Virus record (IMG/VR): IMGVR_UViG_3300021431_000106
Span: 1 to 64,000 of that record
Length of the DNA: 64,000 nt
DNA from: a virus
Lineage: Duplodnaviria > Caudoviricetes
Reading direction: 5' to 3' (one strand)
Position numbers and translations under genes: made by a program. The first letter of the stretch is position 1. Each line of letters opens with the position of its first letter. The notes below the pieces were generated by a model. The model saw only the letters and a program-made list of their open reading frames with translations, was not told the origin of the DNA and ran no database searches. This document shows positions 27,361 through 35,849 of this stretch, piece by piece.

Positions 27361-27677
27361 AGAAAGTAAACCAAGACCCGTTCAGCAACGGCAGCGAACT
27401 CGGATGGTTTGAATGTCAATGTTGTTGTAGATGCGTCAAGTATAGTTACTGGAACGAAACACTCGATAGGTTCGTCAATGCAGATGATAAAAACCAGCCA
27501 AAATGCGCTATCCAACGCGATATTGTGACGCGTATGTCCTGCAATGAGCCGATAAACCAGAAAACAATCGACATCTGTCAGGACTTCATCCTGCACGGTG
27601 AGTTATGCCCATACATGAAGACAGAGCGGAAAAAGTATACTAAAAAAGTTAAAAACCAAACAACGTTAGAATTATGA
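27357..27677 (+). CDS. hypothetical Cys-rich protein
   Basis: PFSNGSELGWFECQCCCRCVK. Confidence 0.75.
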   Translation: MKKVNQDPFSNGSELGWFECQCCCRCVKYSYWNETLDRFVNADDKNQPKCAIQRDIVTRMSCNEPINQKTIDICQDFILHGELCPYMKTERKKYTKKVKNQTTLEL

Positions 27678-28117
27678 GAGAAATACTATATAGAGCAATA
27701 AGCCTATGCCGTGGCGAGCATTGGGTATACGGCCAGCCTCGCCACTACGCCCGCAACCCCCATACCGAGAAATGGACTATCTATGACCCCTACACGGGAA
27801 TAGAAACCGACATAGCAGAAGAAACCCTTGGACAGTACACAGGACTGACCGACAAGAATGGCAACAAGGTTTTTGAGGGGGATATTATCCGAAGTTACGG
27901 TTCTCTTGGCGATGCCATAATCCATACTATCAACTGGAATGAAAAAGAAGCATATTTCGAGATATACAACGAGTATGGCAGCCCTTGTGGTCGTATTAGC
28001 CAACCGTGGATTGAAGATTTTGGCAAAGAGGTCGTCGGCAACATATTTGATTCTAATTTGAATATAGATAAATCAATCCACGACAACCCCGAATTAACGA
28101 AAGGAGACAAGAAATGA
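27674..28117 (+). CDS. YopX family protein
   Basis: MREILYRA...WVYG...TLGQYTGLTDKNGNKVFEGDI...EVVGNIFD..IHDNPEL. Confidence 0.85.
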   Translation: MREILYRAISLCRGEHWVYGQPRHYARNPHTEKWTIYDPYTGIETDIAEETLGQYTGLTDKNGNKVFEGDIIRSYGSLGDAIIHTINWNEKEAYFEIYNEYGSPCGRISQPWIEDFGKEVVGNIFDSNLNIDKSIHDNPELTKGDKK

Positions 28118-28222
28118 GCGATTTCGCAGCAAACGTTTTTTTTATAACATTGAGCGTTTTTTATGGTGTGTTGAGTGTTATCGCTATCATAGCATTCGTA
28201 AAATACTTAAAGGAGAAAGACG

Positions 28223-28405
28223 ATGAGCAAGGAAAAGAAGATTAAAGCAAGCAACTACAAGTGCGTCGAATGCGGGCAGCAAGCGGAAGTATGGTATCCG
28301 TGTTACGTAGACCCCGACATCCCGCCGCACCCATACTGCCGGAAATGTGCAGAAAAGGCACACGAAGAGTTGCTTTTTAAACTATTCGGAGAAGAAAATG
28401 AATAA
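28223..28405 (+). CDS. small zinc-finger protein
   Basis: CVECG...YCRKC. Confidence 0.65.
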   Translation: MSKEKKIKASNYKCVECGQQAEVWYPCYVDPDIPPHPYCRKCAEKAHEELLFKLFGEENE

Positions 28406-28463
28406 AAACGCGCATTGAAAACCAAATGATTGGAAAATATTTTCAATAATTTGCGAAAAAAGT

Positions 28464-28494
28464 TTTGCGCATTCAATTTTTCTTCGTAATTTTG
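28464..28494 (+). promoter_or_regulatory. Bacteroidota-type promoter
   Basis: TTTG 28464-28467, 19 nt, TAATTTTG 28487-28494. Confidence 0.7.
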
Positions 28495-28502
28495 CATCCG
28501 AA

Positions 28503-28805
28503 ATGAAAACGAAAGGTTATATAGAACGAGCGGTCATGGAGCACTTCCAAGTCTCCAAGGAAGACCTATACGACACCTCAAAGAACGTCTACCCATTCTC
28601 TGCGGCACGTAGCGTGTTAATGTACATGCTTTACGCAAGCCGAGAGTACAAGATATACGAGATACAGAAAATGTTCGGATACAGCGCCCGACGTACCGTC
28701 GAATACCGCATTGCCTCCGTAGCGTCATCCGTCAAGAAAGACGTCGGCAAGTTCGCAGAGGACGTGAAAGCAATAAAAGAAAAGTTAAACGAAAAAATTA
28801 AATAG
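28503..28805 (+). CDS. DnaA C-terminal-like HTH protein
   Basis: VMEHFQVSKEDL...ARSVLMYML...EIQKMFGYSARRTV resembles the DnaA domain IV pattern. Confidence 0.5.
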   Translation: MKTKGYIERAVMEHFQVSKEDLYDTSKNVYPFSAARSVLMYMLYASREYKIYEIQKMFGYSARRTVEYRIASVASSVKKDVGKFAEDVKAIKEKLNEKIK

Positions 28806-28807
28806 TT

Positions 28808-29473
28808 ATGGATGAGCAATATCCATACCAAAACATATCTTTGATTGATATTCCCTCAGAGGAATGGAAAGATGTCATTGGGTATGATTACCCCTACCAG
28901 ATTAGCAATTTTGGTAGGGTAAAAATAATAGAGCACTACATTCCAAACGGTCATTTTATTAAAACGAGAATTGTCAAACAGAGGCTGAACAAGAATCAGT
29001 ACCCAATAGTTTCATTACCCAAAAATGGTATACATAGACCAGTAAGTGTACACAGGCTTGTTGCTTTGTACTTCGTTGACAACCCTGAGAAACGTGACGT
29101 TGTAGACCATATAGATACTGATAGAAAAAATAACCTTTTTACAAATCTAAGATGGTGCTCAACAAAAGATAATGTGAACAACCCAATAACAAAGCAGCAT
29201 TTATCACAAAGTGCAAAAAGGTTTTTTATGTCCGAGCGTGGGAAAGAGCATCAAAAGTTCATTTCTGAACTTGCAAACAAACCAGAAGCAAAAGAGAAAA
29301 GAATAAAGAAAGTTCAAAAAGCGGTCATACAAAAAGATTTGGAAGGAAATTTTATAAAAGAGTTCAAAAGTGTGAAAGATGCAATGGAGCAGACCCATTG
29401 TTATGGTGTCGGAAAATGCTGTAGAAAGATATGGAAATCATCACACGGATTTATTTGGGAATTTAAAAATTAA
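28808..29473 (+). CDS. NUMOD4-HNH-NUMOD1 homing endonuclease
   Basis: EEWKDVIGY..YQISNFGRVK; VHRLVALYF; VDHIDTDRKNNLFTNLRW; C-terminal KAVIQKDLEGNFIKEFKS. Confidence 0.9.
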   Translation: MDEQYPYQNISLIDIPSEEWKDVIGYDYPYQISNFGRVKIIEHYIPNGHFIKTRIVKQRLNKNQYPIVSLPKNGIHRPVSVHRLVALYFVDNPEKRDVVDHIDTDRKNNLFTNLRWCSTKDNVNNPITKQHLSQSAKRFFMSERGKEHQKFISELANKPEAKEKRIKKVQKAVIQKDLEGNFIKEFKSVKDAMEQTHCYGVGKCCRKIWKSSHGFIWEFKN

Positions 29474-29480
29474 ATAAATT

Positions 29481-30332
29481 ATGAACGAAGTAGCACAGTA
29501 CAACAACGCAAAAGACCTGAAAGTCGCCCTTTCAAGCGAGTCGGTGGCAAAGAGATTTTCCGATATGCTCGGGAAACGTGCTCCCGGATTTATCACCTCT
29601 ATCACCAATGTGGTGAGCAACAACGACCTGCTCAAAAAAGCAGACGTCAACTCTATCATTCTTGCCGCAGCAACCGCCGCCGCCTTGGATTTGCCTATCA
29701 ATCCTAACCTCGGCTATGCAGCAATAATCCCATTCAAAGACAACAAAACTGGCTCATGCACAGCGACTTGCCAAATCATGCGCTCGGGATGGGTAGAACT
29801 CGCTCAACGTAGCGGCCAGATTGTCCGCCTCGCAAACGAGATTGTCTATGAGGGCGAACTTGTGTCACATAACCGTTTCACCGATGAGTACGTGTTCGAC
29901 GAAACAAAACGCAAGTCTGACAAGATTATCGGCTATCTCGCCTACGCAAAACTTTCCAACGGTTTTGAAAAATACGTCTTTTGGGACGTTGAGAAGTGCA
30001 AGCAGCACGGACTCCGTTTCTCTCAAACATTCAAACGTGGTTACGGTCTTTGGAAAGATGACTTTAACAGCATGGCGCTCAAGTCCGTTCTCAAACATCT
30101 GATTACCAAGTATTTGCCAAAGTCCCTTGAAATGCAGATGGCTATCGAGCGTGACCAGGCCGCCCTGTCTGGGGATATTGACAATCCACAAGTCCACTAC
30201 GTTGACAACGGAGGAGAAATTCCCGTCGAGACGGAGCCGCAGGACTTCCAAGAGGCGGAGGTTGTTGACGAGCAGACAGGAGAGGTGCAGCAGGGCGGCG
30301 CCAACGGTCAGGCGACAATGTTCGACAAGTAA
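29481..30332 (+). CDS. recT: RecT-family single-strand annealing recombinase
   Basis: AAALDLPINPNLGYAAIIPF, QIMRSGWVELAQRSGQ, IIGYLAY, WKDDFNSMALKSVLK. Confidence 0.9.
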   Translation: MNEVAQYNNAKDLKVALSSESVAKRFSDMLGKRAPGFITSITNVVSNNDLLKKADVNSIILAAATAAALDLPINPNLGYAAIIPFKDNKTGSCTATCQIMRSGWVELAQRSGQIVRLANEIVYEGELVSHNRFTDEYVFDETKRKSDKIIGYLAYAKLSNGFEKYVFWDVEKCKQHGLRFSQTFKRGYGLWKDDFNSMALKSVLKHLITKYLPKSLEMQMAIERDQAALSGDIDNPQVHYVDNGGEIPVETEPQDFQEAEVVDEQTGEVQQGGANGQATMFDK

Positions 30333-30359
30333 ATTATTAACCATTAAAATTACATAGTT

Positions 30360-30698
30360 ATGGCAACTACACTAATGACAATGTTCGCGACCTTCGTCGC
30401 TTTCGTCCTTGGAGTGATGACTATCACCGAGGCTGTCAACAAACTCTTCAAGGTGGATAACTCCACCGTTAAACTCATTATCTCATGGGTGCTTTCGCTC
30501 GCACTCGCTGCCGCAGGCTTTGCCCTTCAATTGGGCTTCTTTGCCGATTGCGGAGACGTTTCTCAGTGGCAGGGATGGGTCAAAGCATGTCTCATTGGTA
30601 TCGGCTGTGGTCTCTGCGCCAACGGGCTCTACGACCGTAACGAGATGTGGCATCTACTTGAATTGATTTTTCCCATTTTCAAGGCAAAGAAAGAATAG
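30360..30698 (+). CDS. small multi-TM membrane protein (holin-like)
   Basis: Three hydrophobic segments; GLCANGLYD motif; basic C-terminus. Confidence 0.6.
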   Translation: MATTLMTMFATFVAFVLGVMTITEAVNKLFKVDNSTVKLIISWVLSLALAAAGFALQLGFFADCGDVSQWQGWVKACLIGIGCGLCANGLYDRNEMWHLLELIFPIFKAKKE

Positions 30699-30735
30699 GT
30701 GTTCCACGACCTCCATAAGTAAAGCCTAGGTGGTT

Positions 30736-30817
30736 GCCACGGTAGTTTAATCCACTAGAATGGAGTTGGCAAAATGACGTTCAACGTCCGATGTCGGTTC
30801 GAGTCCGGCCTGTGGCA
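30736..30817 (+). tRNA. degenerate tRNA-like element (non-canonical, UCA hairpin)
   Basis: Acceptor gccacgg/ctgtggc, T-arm gtcgg-TTCGAGT-ccggc; hairpin gacgt-TCA-acgtc before a 4-nt variable loop; extra 13 nt after the D-arm. Confidence 0.5.
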
Positions 30818-30925
30818 CAAAGGAGGTTCTCGACACCTATTGATAAACTGGACTACTTAAGTTCCGCAAACGAGAGAGCACATCACTGAGGAGGCTTCGG
30901 ATGGCAGCCGGGAAAGACCGGCAAA

Positions 30926-30965
30926 GGTCCGCGGCCGCAAGGCTGTAACACTAGGAACGCGGACC
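30926..30965 (+). ncRNA. structured motif, copy 1
   Basis: ggtccgcg/cgcggacc stem enclosing gcc-GCAA-ggc and tgtaacactaggaa. Confidence 0.55.
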
Positions 30966-30970
30966 TACAA

Positions 30971-31045
30971 GGGATGGCGGATGCAGCGAGAGTGCATCAG
31001 AGATAAGACATAGCACGGAGGGGGGTGCAATTCCCTCCCATCCCA
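30971..31045 (+). tRNA. tRNA-like element lacking an anticodon stem
   Basis: Acceptor gggatgg/ccatccc+A, T-arm ggggg-TGCAATT-ccctc, 6-bp gatgca/tgcatc arm; anticodon region unpaired. Confidence 0.5.
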
Positions 31046-31072
31046 CAAAGATATAGGAGGTTCGCCAAAGCC

Positions 31073-31115
31073 TGCCGTGTGGCCGCAAGGCTGATAACAT
31101 TAGGGACACACGGCA
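31073..31115 (+). ncRNA. structured motif, copy 2
   Basis: tgccgtgt/acacggca stem enclosing gcc-GCAA-ggc and tgataacattagggac; outer stem differs from copy 1 but still pairs. Confidence 0.55.
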
Positions 31116-31205
31116 CCCTCACGCCGCCATCGGGGGAACGATGGGATGCCTGAAAAGTAAACTCCGAGGCATTAGTCCGAGTGGTACCAAATCCCACCGT
31201 GAGGG
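31116..31205 (+). ncRNA. third cloverleaf-like element
   Basis: ccctcacg/cgtgaggg closing ccatcg/cgatgg, atgcct/aggcat and gtgg/ccac arms. Confidence 0.45.
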
Positions 31206-31252
31206 CAAAAGAACAAAAGAGAAAGTACAAGTAATATCAAATAATTAATAAA

Positions 31253-31735
31253 ATGGAAGAAAGAAAACAAGAACAGCGCCCGCAGTATTTTTACTTCAAC
31301 GATGAAGGCAAACTTGTCGTTGAAAGCAACAAGGGTGTTTGGGTTGACGGCGAGCAGCACGTTAAGATGTACGGCAACTTCACTTGCAACGCAAAGACGA
31401 TGGGGATTATTATCTCACAATTAAAAAATATTCCGGCATTTATTTCACGTGAGAAGTGTAAAGTAGTGATTGATGTAATTACGGGAGAAAAAGAATGCCT
31501 TACTGAAGGCATTGGGTGTATAATAAACCCAAATGCTGAACAGGCAGGGCTTCTGTCTGAAATCAGTCACAAAGATGGCAAAATTGAAAAACTCAACAAT
31601 GAAATCAAAAAATTAAACAAGCAGTTAGACGATGCTTATGACCAAAGAGATGCAGAACACGAAGCGATAGAGCAATTCAACTCCCTCCCGTGGTACAAGC
31701 GTATCTTCAAAAAAATAGAAATAAAAAACAATTAA
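31253..31735 (+). CDS. hypothetical protein with C-terminal coiled coil
   Basis: ORF track; ends FNSLPWYKRIFKK. Confidence 0.75.
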   Translation: MEERKQEQRPQYFYFNDEGKLVVESNKGVWVDGEQHVKMYGNFTCNAKTMGIIISQLKNIPAFISREKCKVVIDVITGEKECLTEGIGCIINPNAEQAGLLSEISHKDGKIEKLNNEIKKLNKQLDDAYDQRDAEHEAIEQFNSLPWYKRIFKKIEIKNN

Positions 31736-31792
31736 ATCAACACAATTATGAACAGAGAAGAGTATCATTAACGGCATACTATCAAGAGAAAA

Positions 31793-32539
31793 ATGACAAC
31801 TATCCACGTTTGCTCTTCAAACTCATCCGCAAACGGCTACATTATAGAAAGCGGAGGACAGTCCCTTGTGCTCGAACTCGGGTGCAAGACAAGTGATTAT
31901 TACAACATCTTAATACGGAAAGGAGGTTTGGTGGCTGGCTGTTTAGCGAGCCACCGATGAAGCCACTCTGACCATCTTAACCAATCCACCGCAAAAGAGT
32001 TCATCAGACGAGGCATCCCAGTGTTCTTCGGAGAGAAAGTCTACGAGGAACTGCTGAAAGAAGGCTCGATTAAGGGCATAAAGCCGCTTCCTATGGCTCA
32101 AAAGACGTTTGTCGGGGGATTTACCATCCAGCCCTTTGAAGTCGCCCACAACGTGCCAAATTACGGCTTTCTGATAGTAACGCCGACAAAGGAGCGTATC
32201 GTTTTCGTCACGGACGCTATGGGGTGCCCGTACAACTTCAAGGACATCGACTGCATAATGGTCGAATGCAACCACGATGACGACACGCTCATCGACAACT
32301 TCGTCAACGCGGAACAGAGCCGTAGTCACCCCGAGAACCACATGGGGCTTGAAGATTGCATTGACTTCTGCCGGCGTAACGTTTCATTGAGCACAAAGCA
32401 GATAATACTCATACACTTGAGCCATCAAAACATCAACGAGGGTTTCGCCCTTAAATCTGTGCAAGACGCCCTTCCGCTTGTGAATGTGGCGGTCGCCCAC
32501 AGCGGAGATACATTTGAAATCGAAAGTGATAACTTCTAA
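31793..32539 (+). CDS. metallo-beta-lactamase-fold nuclease interrupted by in-frame TGA (31958-31960)
   Basis: MTTIHVCSSNSSANGYII...GCLASHR*SHSDHL... continues in the same frame into ORF 32021..32539 (VAHNVPNYGF, FVTD, MVECNHD, LIHLSHQN). Confidence 0.8.
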
Positions 32540-32550
32540 TTATTAACAAT

Positions 32551-32874
32551 ATGAATATAAAGACATTAAACGAAATAGTATCTATTGTAAAGCAGAAAAC
32601 GCGTCCATTGGAGTATGACATTTCCGAATGGAATATGTTTGTAAAAGAAAGATTTACTACACACGACCACGAAACAGTTTTGTCTTTTATACAAGAAAAC
32701 GAGGCTCACACAGTTTGTCATGTAGTTGTGGTGTCCCTTATATGGGGTGTCGTACCTGACGATGGTATAGCAATAGCAGATGTATATAGGGATGGTTGTG
32801 TTGATTATTACGGTGAAATTTCAAATGTAAGCGGAGTGGACAGAACTTTACTTTTGTTCACATTAAATTCATAA
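32551..32874 (+). CDS. hypothetical protein
   Basis: ORF track. Confidence 0.65.
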   Translation: MNIKTLNEIVSIVKQKTRPLEYDISEWNMFVKERFTTHDHETVLSFIQENEAHTVCHVVVVSLIWGVVPDDGIAIADVYRDGCVDYYGEISNVSGVDRTLLLFTLNS

Positions 32875-32876
32875 TA

Positions 32877-33098
32877 ATGACAAATCTTGAACAATACATC
32901 ACAGCGAAACTCGACGCGATGCAGGCGGAGAAAGCGAACTCGACTGTCGAACCGAAGTTTGTCACAAAAGGCGAACTGCTTGGAGCGATAAGCAAAGACG
33001 CACGCAAGGTGCTGAATAAAATGTTCGTCGAGAAGAAGATTAAAATTCATCCAACAAAGGATGCACCAATACAGGATTATGTTAAACTTGTAAAATAA
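32877..33098 (+). CDS. hypothetical protein, winged-helix-like
   Basis: ORF track; KVLNKMFVEKKIKIHPT. Confidence 0.7.
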   Translation: MTNLEQYITAKLDAMQAEKANSTVEPKFVTKGELLGAISKDARKVLNKMFVEKKIKIHPTKDAPIQDYVKLVK

Positions 33099-33105
33099 TA
33101 ATAAT

Positions 33106-33327
33106 ATGGCAAATGCATTATTTATAATCATAGTCTGTGCTGGTTTCCCTTTGGGGATGCTTGTGGCACATTTGAGTAATAAATTTCTTGACAAAGCACA
33201 TGAAAAAGGATTAGACCACGACGACGCAGTGGAATACGCATTTATGTGGGCCACATCACCTATTTGGATACCTGCAATCGTTATAGGAGTTGCGTGTATA
33301 ATAATTTGGATAATCCGCATATTATGA
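33106..33327 (+). CDS. small membrane protein
   Basis: Two hydrophobic segments. Confidence 0.65.
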   Translation: MANALFIIIVCAGFPLGMLVAHLSNKFLDKAHEKGLDHDDAVEYAFMWATSPIWIPAIVIGVACIIIWIIRIL

Positions 33328-33737
33328 GTCACTGGTACACTAAACCCAAGAGCAAATACCATAACGAGACCGTCACCGTTGACGGAATTACATTCGATAG
33401 TCTTGGGGAACATCGTAGGTGGTGCTTCCTAAAACTGATGGAGCAGGCAGGCGAAATCTCCAACCTTAGATACCACGTAAAGTACGAACTAATTCCTGCC
33501 ATCACGGAAGATGTCGTCGTCCACCTTAAAACAAAGGACAAAGTGGTTACAAAAACGGTGCAGACGGCAAGATACTATGAGGCTGACTTTGTTTACACAA
33601 ACAAGAATGGCGAAGAGGTCGTAGAGGACTTTAAAGGGCAAGAGACAGAACTCTTCAAGTTCAAGGCGGCACTCTTCCGCTACAGGTACGACAAGGACAT
33701 CAAAATCGTGAAATTGACGAACCAAAGCGTTTCGTGA
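33324..33737 (+). CDS. DUF1064-family endonuclease-like protein
   Basis: KYHNETVTVDGITFDSLGEHRRW...YEADFVY...VVEDFKG; ATG at 33324. Confidence 0.8.
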   Translation: MSHWYTKPKSKYHNETVTVDGITFDSLGEHRRWCFLKLMEQAGEISNLRYHVKYELIPAITEDVVVHLKTKDKVVTKTVQTARYYEADFVYTNKNGEEVVEDFKGQETELFKFKAALFRYRYDKDIKIVKLTNQSVS

Positions 33738-33814
33738 GTGTCCGATTATAGCAAAGCATAGGTAACGCAGACTTACTGAATATGAGCAGATTAAAAAATA
33801 TTTCAAAATTTTTC

Positions 33815-33845
33815 TTTGCCGTATCGGATTTTATTCATATCTTTG
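33815..33845 (+). promoter_or_regulatory. Bacteroidota-type promoter
   Basis: TTTG 33815-33818, 19 nt, TATCTTTG 33838-33845. Confidence 0.75.
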
Positions 33846-33852
33846 CAACCGT

Positions 33853-34300
33853 AATCGAGAGCCTAAGATTGCAGTCAAAGGATATTCTGGCGGGTATCAG
33901 TGATTGTTGGAACACCATAAGGGAGGTAGCCCTAAACATACCACAACAGCCATCCGCTTTCCGCCAGAAGTCGATGGCTGAAATTGTTTTAGGGCACCTC
34001 TTTTACTGTGCGTTCAACAAGACGAGAATAGTTGCAAAACCCACCCAGATGAACGCGAGAGCCGTAGGGGAGCAAGCGCATCACGGCGACGTAAAGGGTC
34101 AGCGAGAGTTGAGAGGATTCCGTGCGCACGACGATGATTGTCGAATAAACCTCTCTGCGATTAGGTATCATCACCGAAATCGCTTGGTGAAGTCCGAAGT
34201 CTGACGGGGTCAGAATGAAGATAACGGCAAAGTACCAAAGTCGAAATTTTGACATTTTGGCTTTAAGGGTACTTTGCATCAGAACCGAGCCGTTCTTGGG
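33853..34300 (+). ncRNA. candidate structured RNA or long leader (~450 nt)
   Basis: ttctggcgg 33885-33893/ccgccagaa 33961-33969; gccctaaaca 33929-33938/tgttttagggc 33985-33995; cagccatc/gatggctg; gcaaagtacc 34227-34236/ggtactttgc 34268-34277. Confidence 0.55.
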
Positions 34301-34339
34301 TAGAATAAAGATTTTATACAGAATATTATATATAGTATA

Positions 34340-35077
34340 ATGGCAACCAAAGCACAAAAAAGACAATCACAGAGGTATAAGGAAGAAATCAAAGATGCCG
34401 CCGAAAGAATGCAGCACCTTGACGAAAAAAGCATTGCAAACATAGAGAACTACGCTGTATACCAAATCCTCTATATGAACGATGTGGCGTGCAATGAGTG
34501 CAAGTTCCTCGGTGAGGAACTAAAGACTATACCATACAAATCAAAGGCGGTCGCTACTATCTACAAAGCTTTGATGAAAAGAGTGAATGCGTATTGGGAT
34601 TTTATAAACAACACAAAAGTAGACCAATACTCAATCGCAAACCTGTTCGAGGGTATGGACGGATACCTTGATGACAAAATCGCAGACTTCAAAAATGCTG
34701 TTACAGACTGCCTCAATAACGCAGGAATACAATATGCACATTGGGTCGCGTCAGTCGAGTGCGCATCCACTCTCTGTGATTATGCCACTATGACTGCGAA
34801 GGATTACATCCGAAGTGTGTCAAAGATTTCACCTAATGCAAAATATTTGCTCGGTCTTTGCATTGAAGAAATATTCAAGGTCGCAAGGTCTCTCTCGGAA
34901 ACGGTACAGGATATACACGTCGGCAAAACCGTTATTAACCTTAACGATAATCCGAAGATTGTATCCTCCTTCAACAAACTGAACAAGTTTTTTGTCAACC
35001 CCAAAAACTTCATCGAAGCTGTGAACAAAGCGGATGAATTGAACAAACAAGAAAACAGAATCCAACTAATGTATTAA
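34340..35077 (+). CDS. hypothetical helical protein (245 aa)
   Basis: ORF track. Confidence 0.8.
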   Translation: MATKAQKRQSQRYKEEIKDAAERMQHLDEKSIANIENYAVYQILYMNDVACNECKFLGEELKTIPYKSKAVATIYKALMKRVNAYWDFINNTKVDQYSIANLFEGMDGYLDDKIADFKNAVTDCLNNAGIQYAHWVASVECASTLCDYATMTAKDYIRSVSKISPNAKYLLGLCIEEIFKVARSLSETVQDIHVGKTVINLNDNPKIVSSFNKLNKFFVNPKNFIEAVNKADELNKQENRIQLMY

Positions 35078-35098
35078 CAATTAAAATCTCAATAAATT

Positions 35099-35503
35099 AT
35101 GCAGACAATCACAGGAAAAATCATCAAGTTCCTCCCAAAGACGGAGGGCGACAGTACAAGCGGAAAGCACTGGGTCAAGGCTGGCATCGTTATTGAATAC
35201 GGCGACGAGTACCCGACAAAAGCCGCGTTCACAATCTTCGGAGAGCAAAAGTTACAGGCTTGCGCTGGGTTGAAAGAGGGTATGGAGGTAACTGTCAATT
35301 ACAACCCTCAGAGCCGCGAGTACAACGACCGTTGGTACACTGATTTGCAGTGCATCAGCGTCTATCCCGTGGCACAACAACAGCCACAGCAACCTGTACA
35401 GCAAGCACCCGCACAGGCTCAGTATCCGTATGCTCAACAGCAAGTCGCCCAACAACCACAACAGCCTATGGCAACGCAGGAGGATGATGGACTTCCATTC
35501 TAA
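35099..35503 (+). CDS. DUF3127-family OB-fold protein (SSB-like)
   Basis: MQTITGKIIKFLP..EG.STSGKHW, SREYNDRWYTDLQC, Gln-rich linker, acidic DDGLPF tail. Confidence 0.85.
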   Translation: MQTITGKIIKFLPKTEGDSTSGKHWVKAGIVIEYGDEYPTKAAFTIFGEQKLQACAGLKEGMEVTVNYNPQSREYNDRWYTDLQCISVYPVAQQQPQQPVQQAPAQAQYPYAQQQVAQQPQQPMATQEDDGLPF

Positions 35504-35519
35504 TGTAAATCAATAAGTT

Positions 35520-35849
35520 ATGTGTATAAAACAACACGCGAAACAACAAGAAGAGCGAGTGCGTCAGGTACTCGAGATGCTCCATGAGGCTATGATTGAC
35601 CTCGACGTTCCTCACGAGGACGGCACACAGACTTCATTCTTCATCGACTACGACGAACAGGACATGTTCCACGCCGCCACGATATTCTACCACGTTTGCA
35701 GCAACTATGCCATCAAGCACGGATACCTCAACGGAGATAACGTATACGAAAAGGTATCCCGTTTCCGAGAAATGATTAAAGAGACTTTCGGTCTCGATAC
35801 CATACAGGAAGCCAACGTTCAAATGCTACTAAAATCTGTCAGACAATGA
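35520..35849 (+). CDS. hypothetical protein
   Basis: ORF track. Confidence 0.7.
   Translation: MCIKQHAKQQEERVRQVLEMLHEAMIDLDVPHEDGTQTSFFIDYDEQDMFHAATIFYHVCSNYAIKHGYLNGDNVYEKVSRFREMIKETFGLDTIQEANVQMLLKSVRQ

Noticed and set aside
30695-30860. HDV-like theta ribozyme beside the tRNA-like element (TCCACG and TCTCG resemble L3)
   Set aside because: No matching P1 or P2 partners were found. These segments instead pair with each other around the tRNA-like element.
31088-31110. Hammerhead core (CTGATAA)
   Set aside because: No GAAA/UH elements or three-stem junction.
31961-32020. SECIS element after the MBL TGA
   Set aside because: Only a weak tctga/tcaga pairing with a large loop; no convincing bacterial SECIS, so selenocysteine remains unsupported speculation.
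33782-34204. 140-aa ORF
   Set aside because: It starts upstream of and reads through a perfect promoter, has atypical composition and coincides with dense RNA helices; more likely non-coding.
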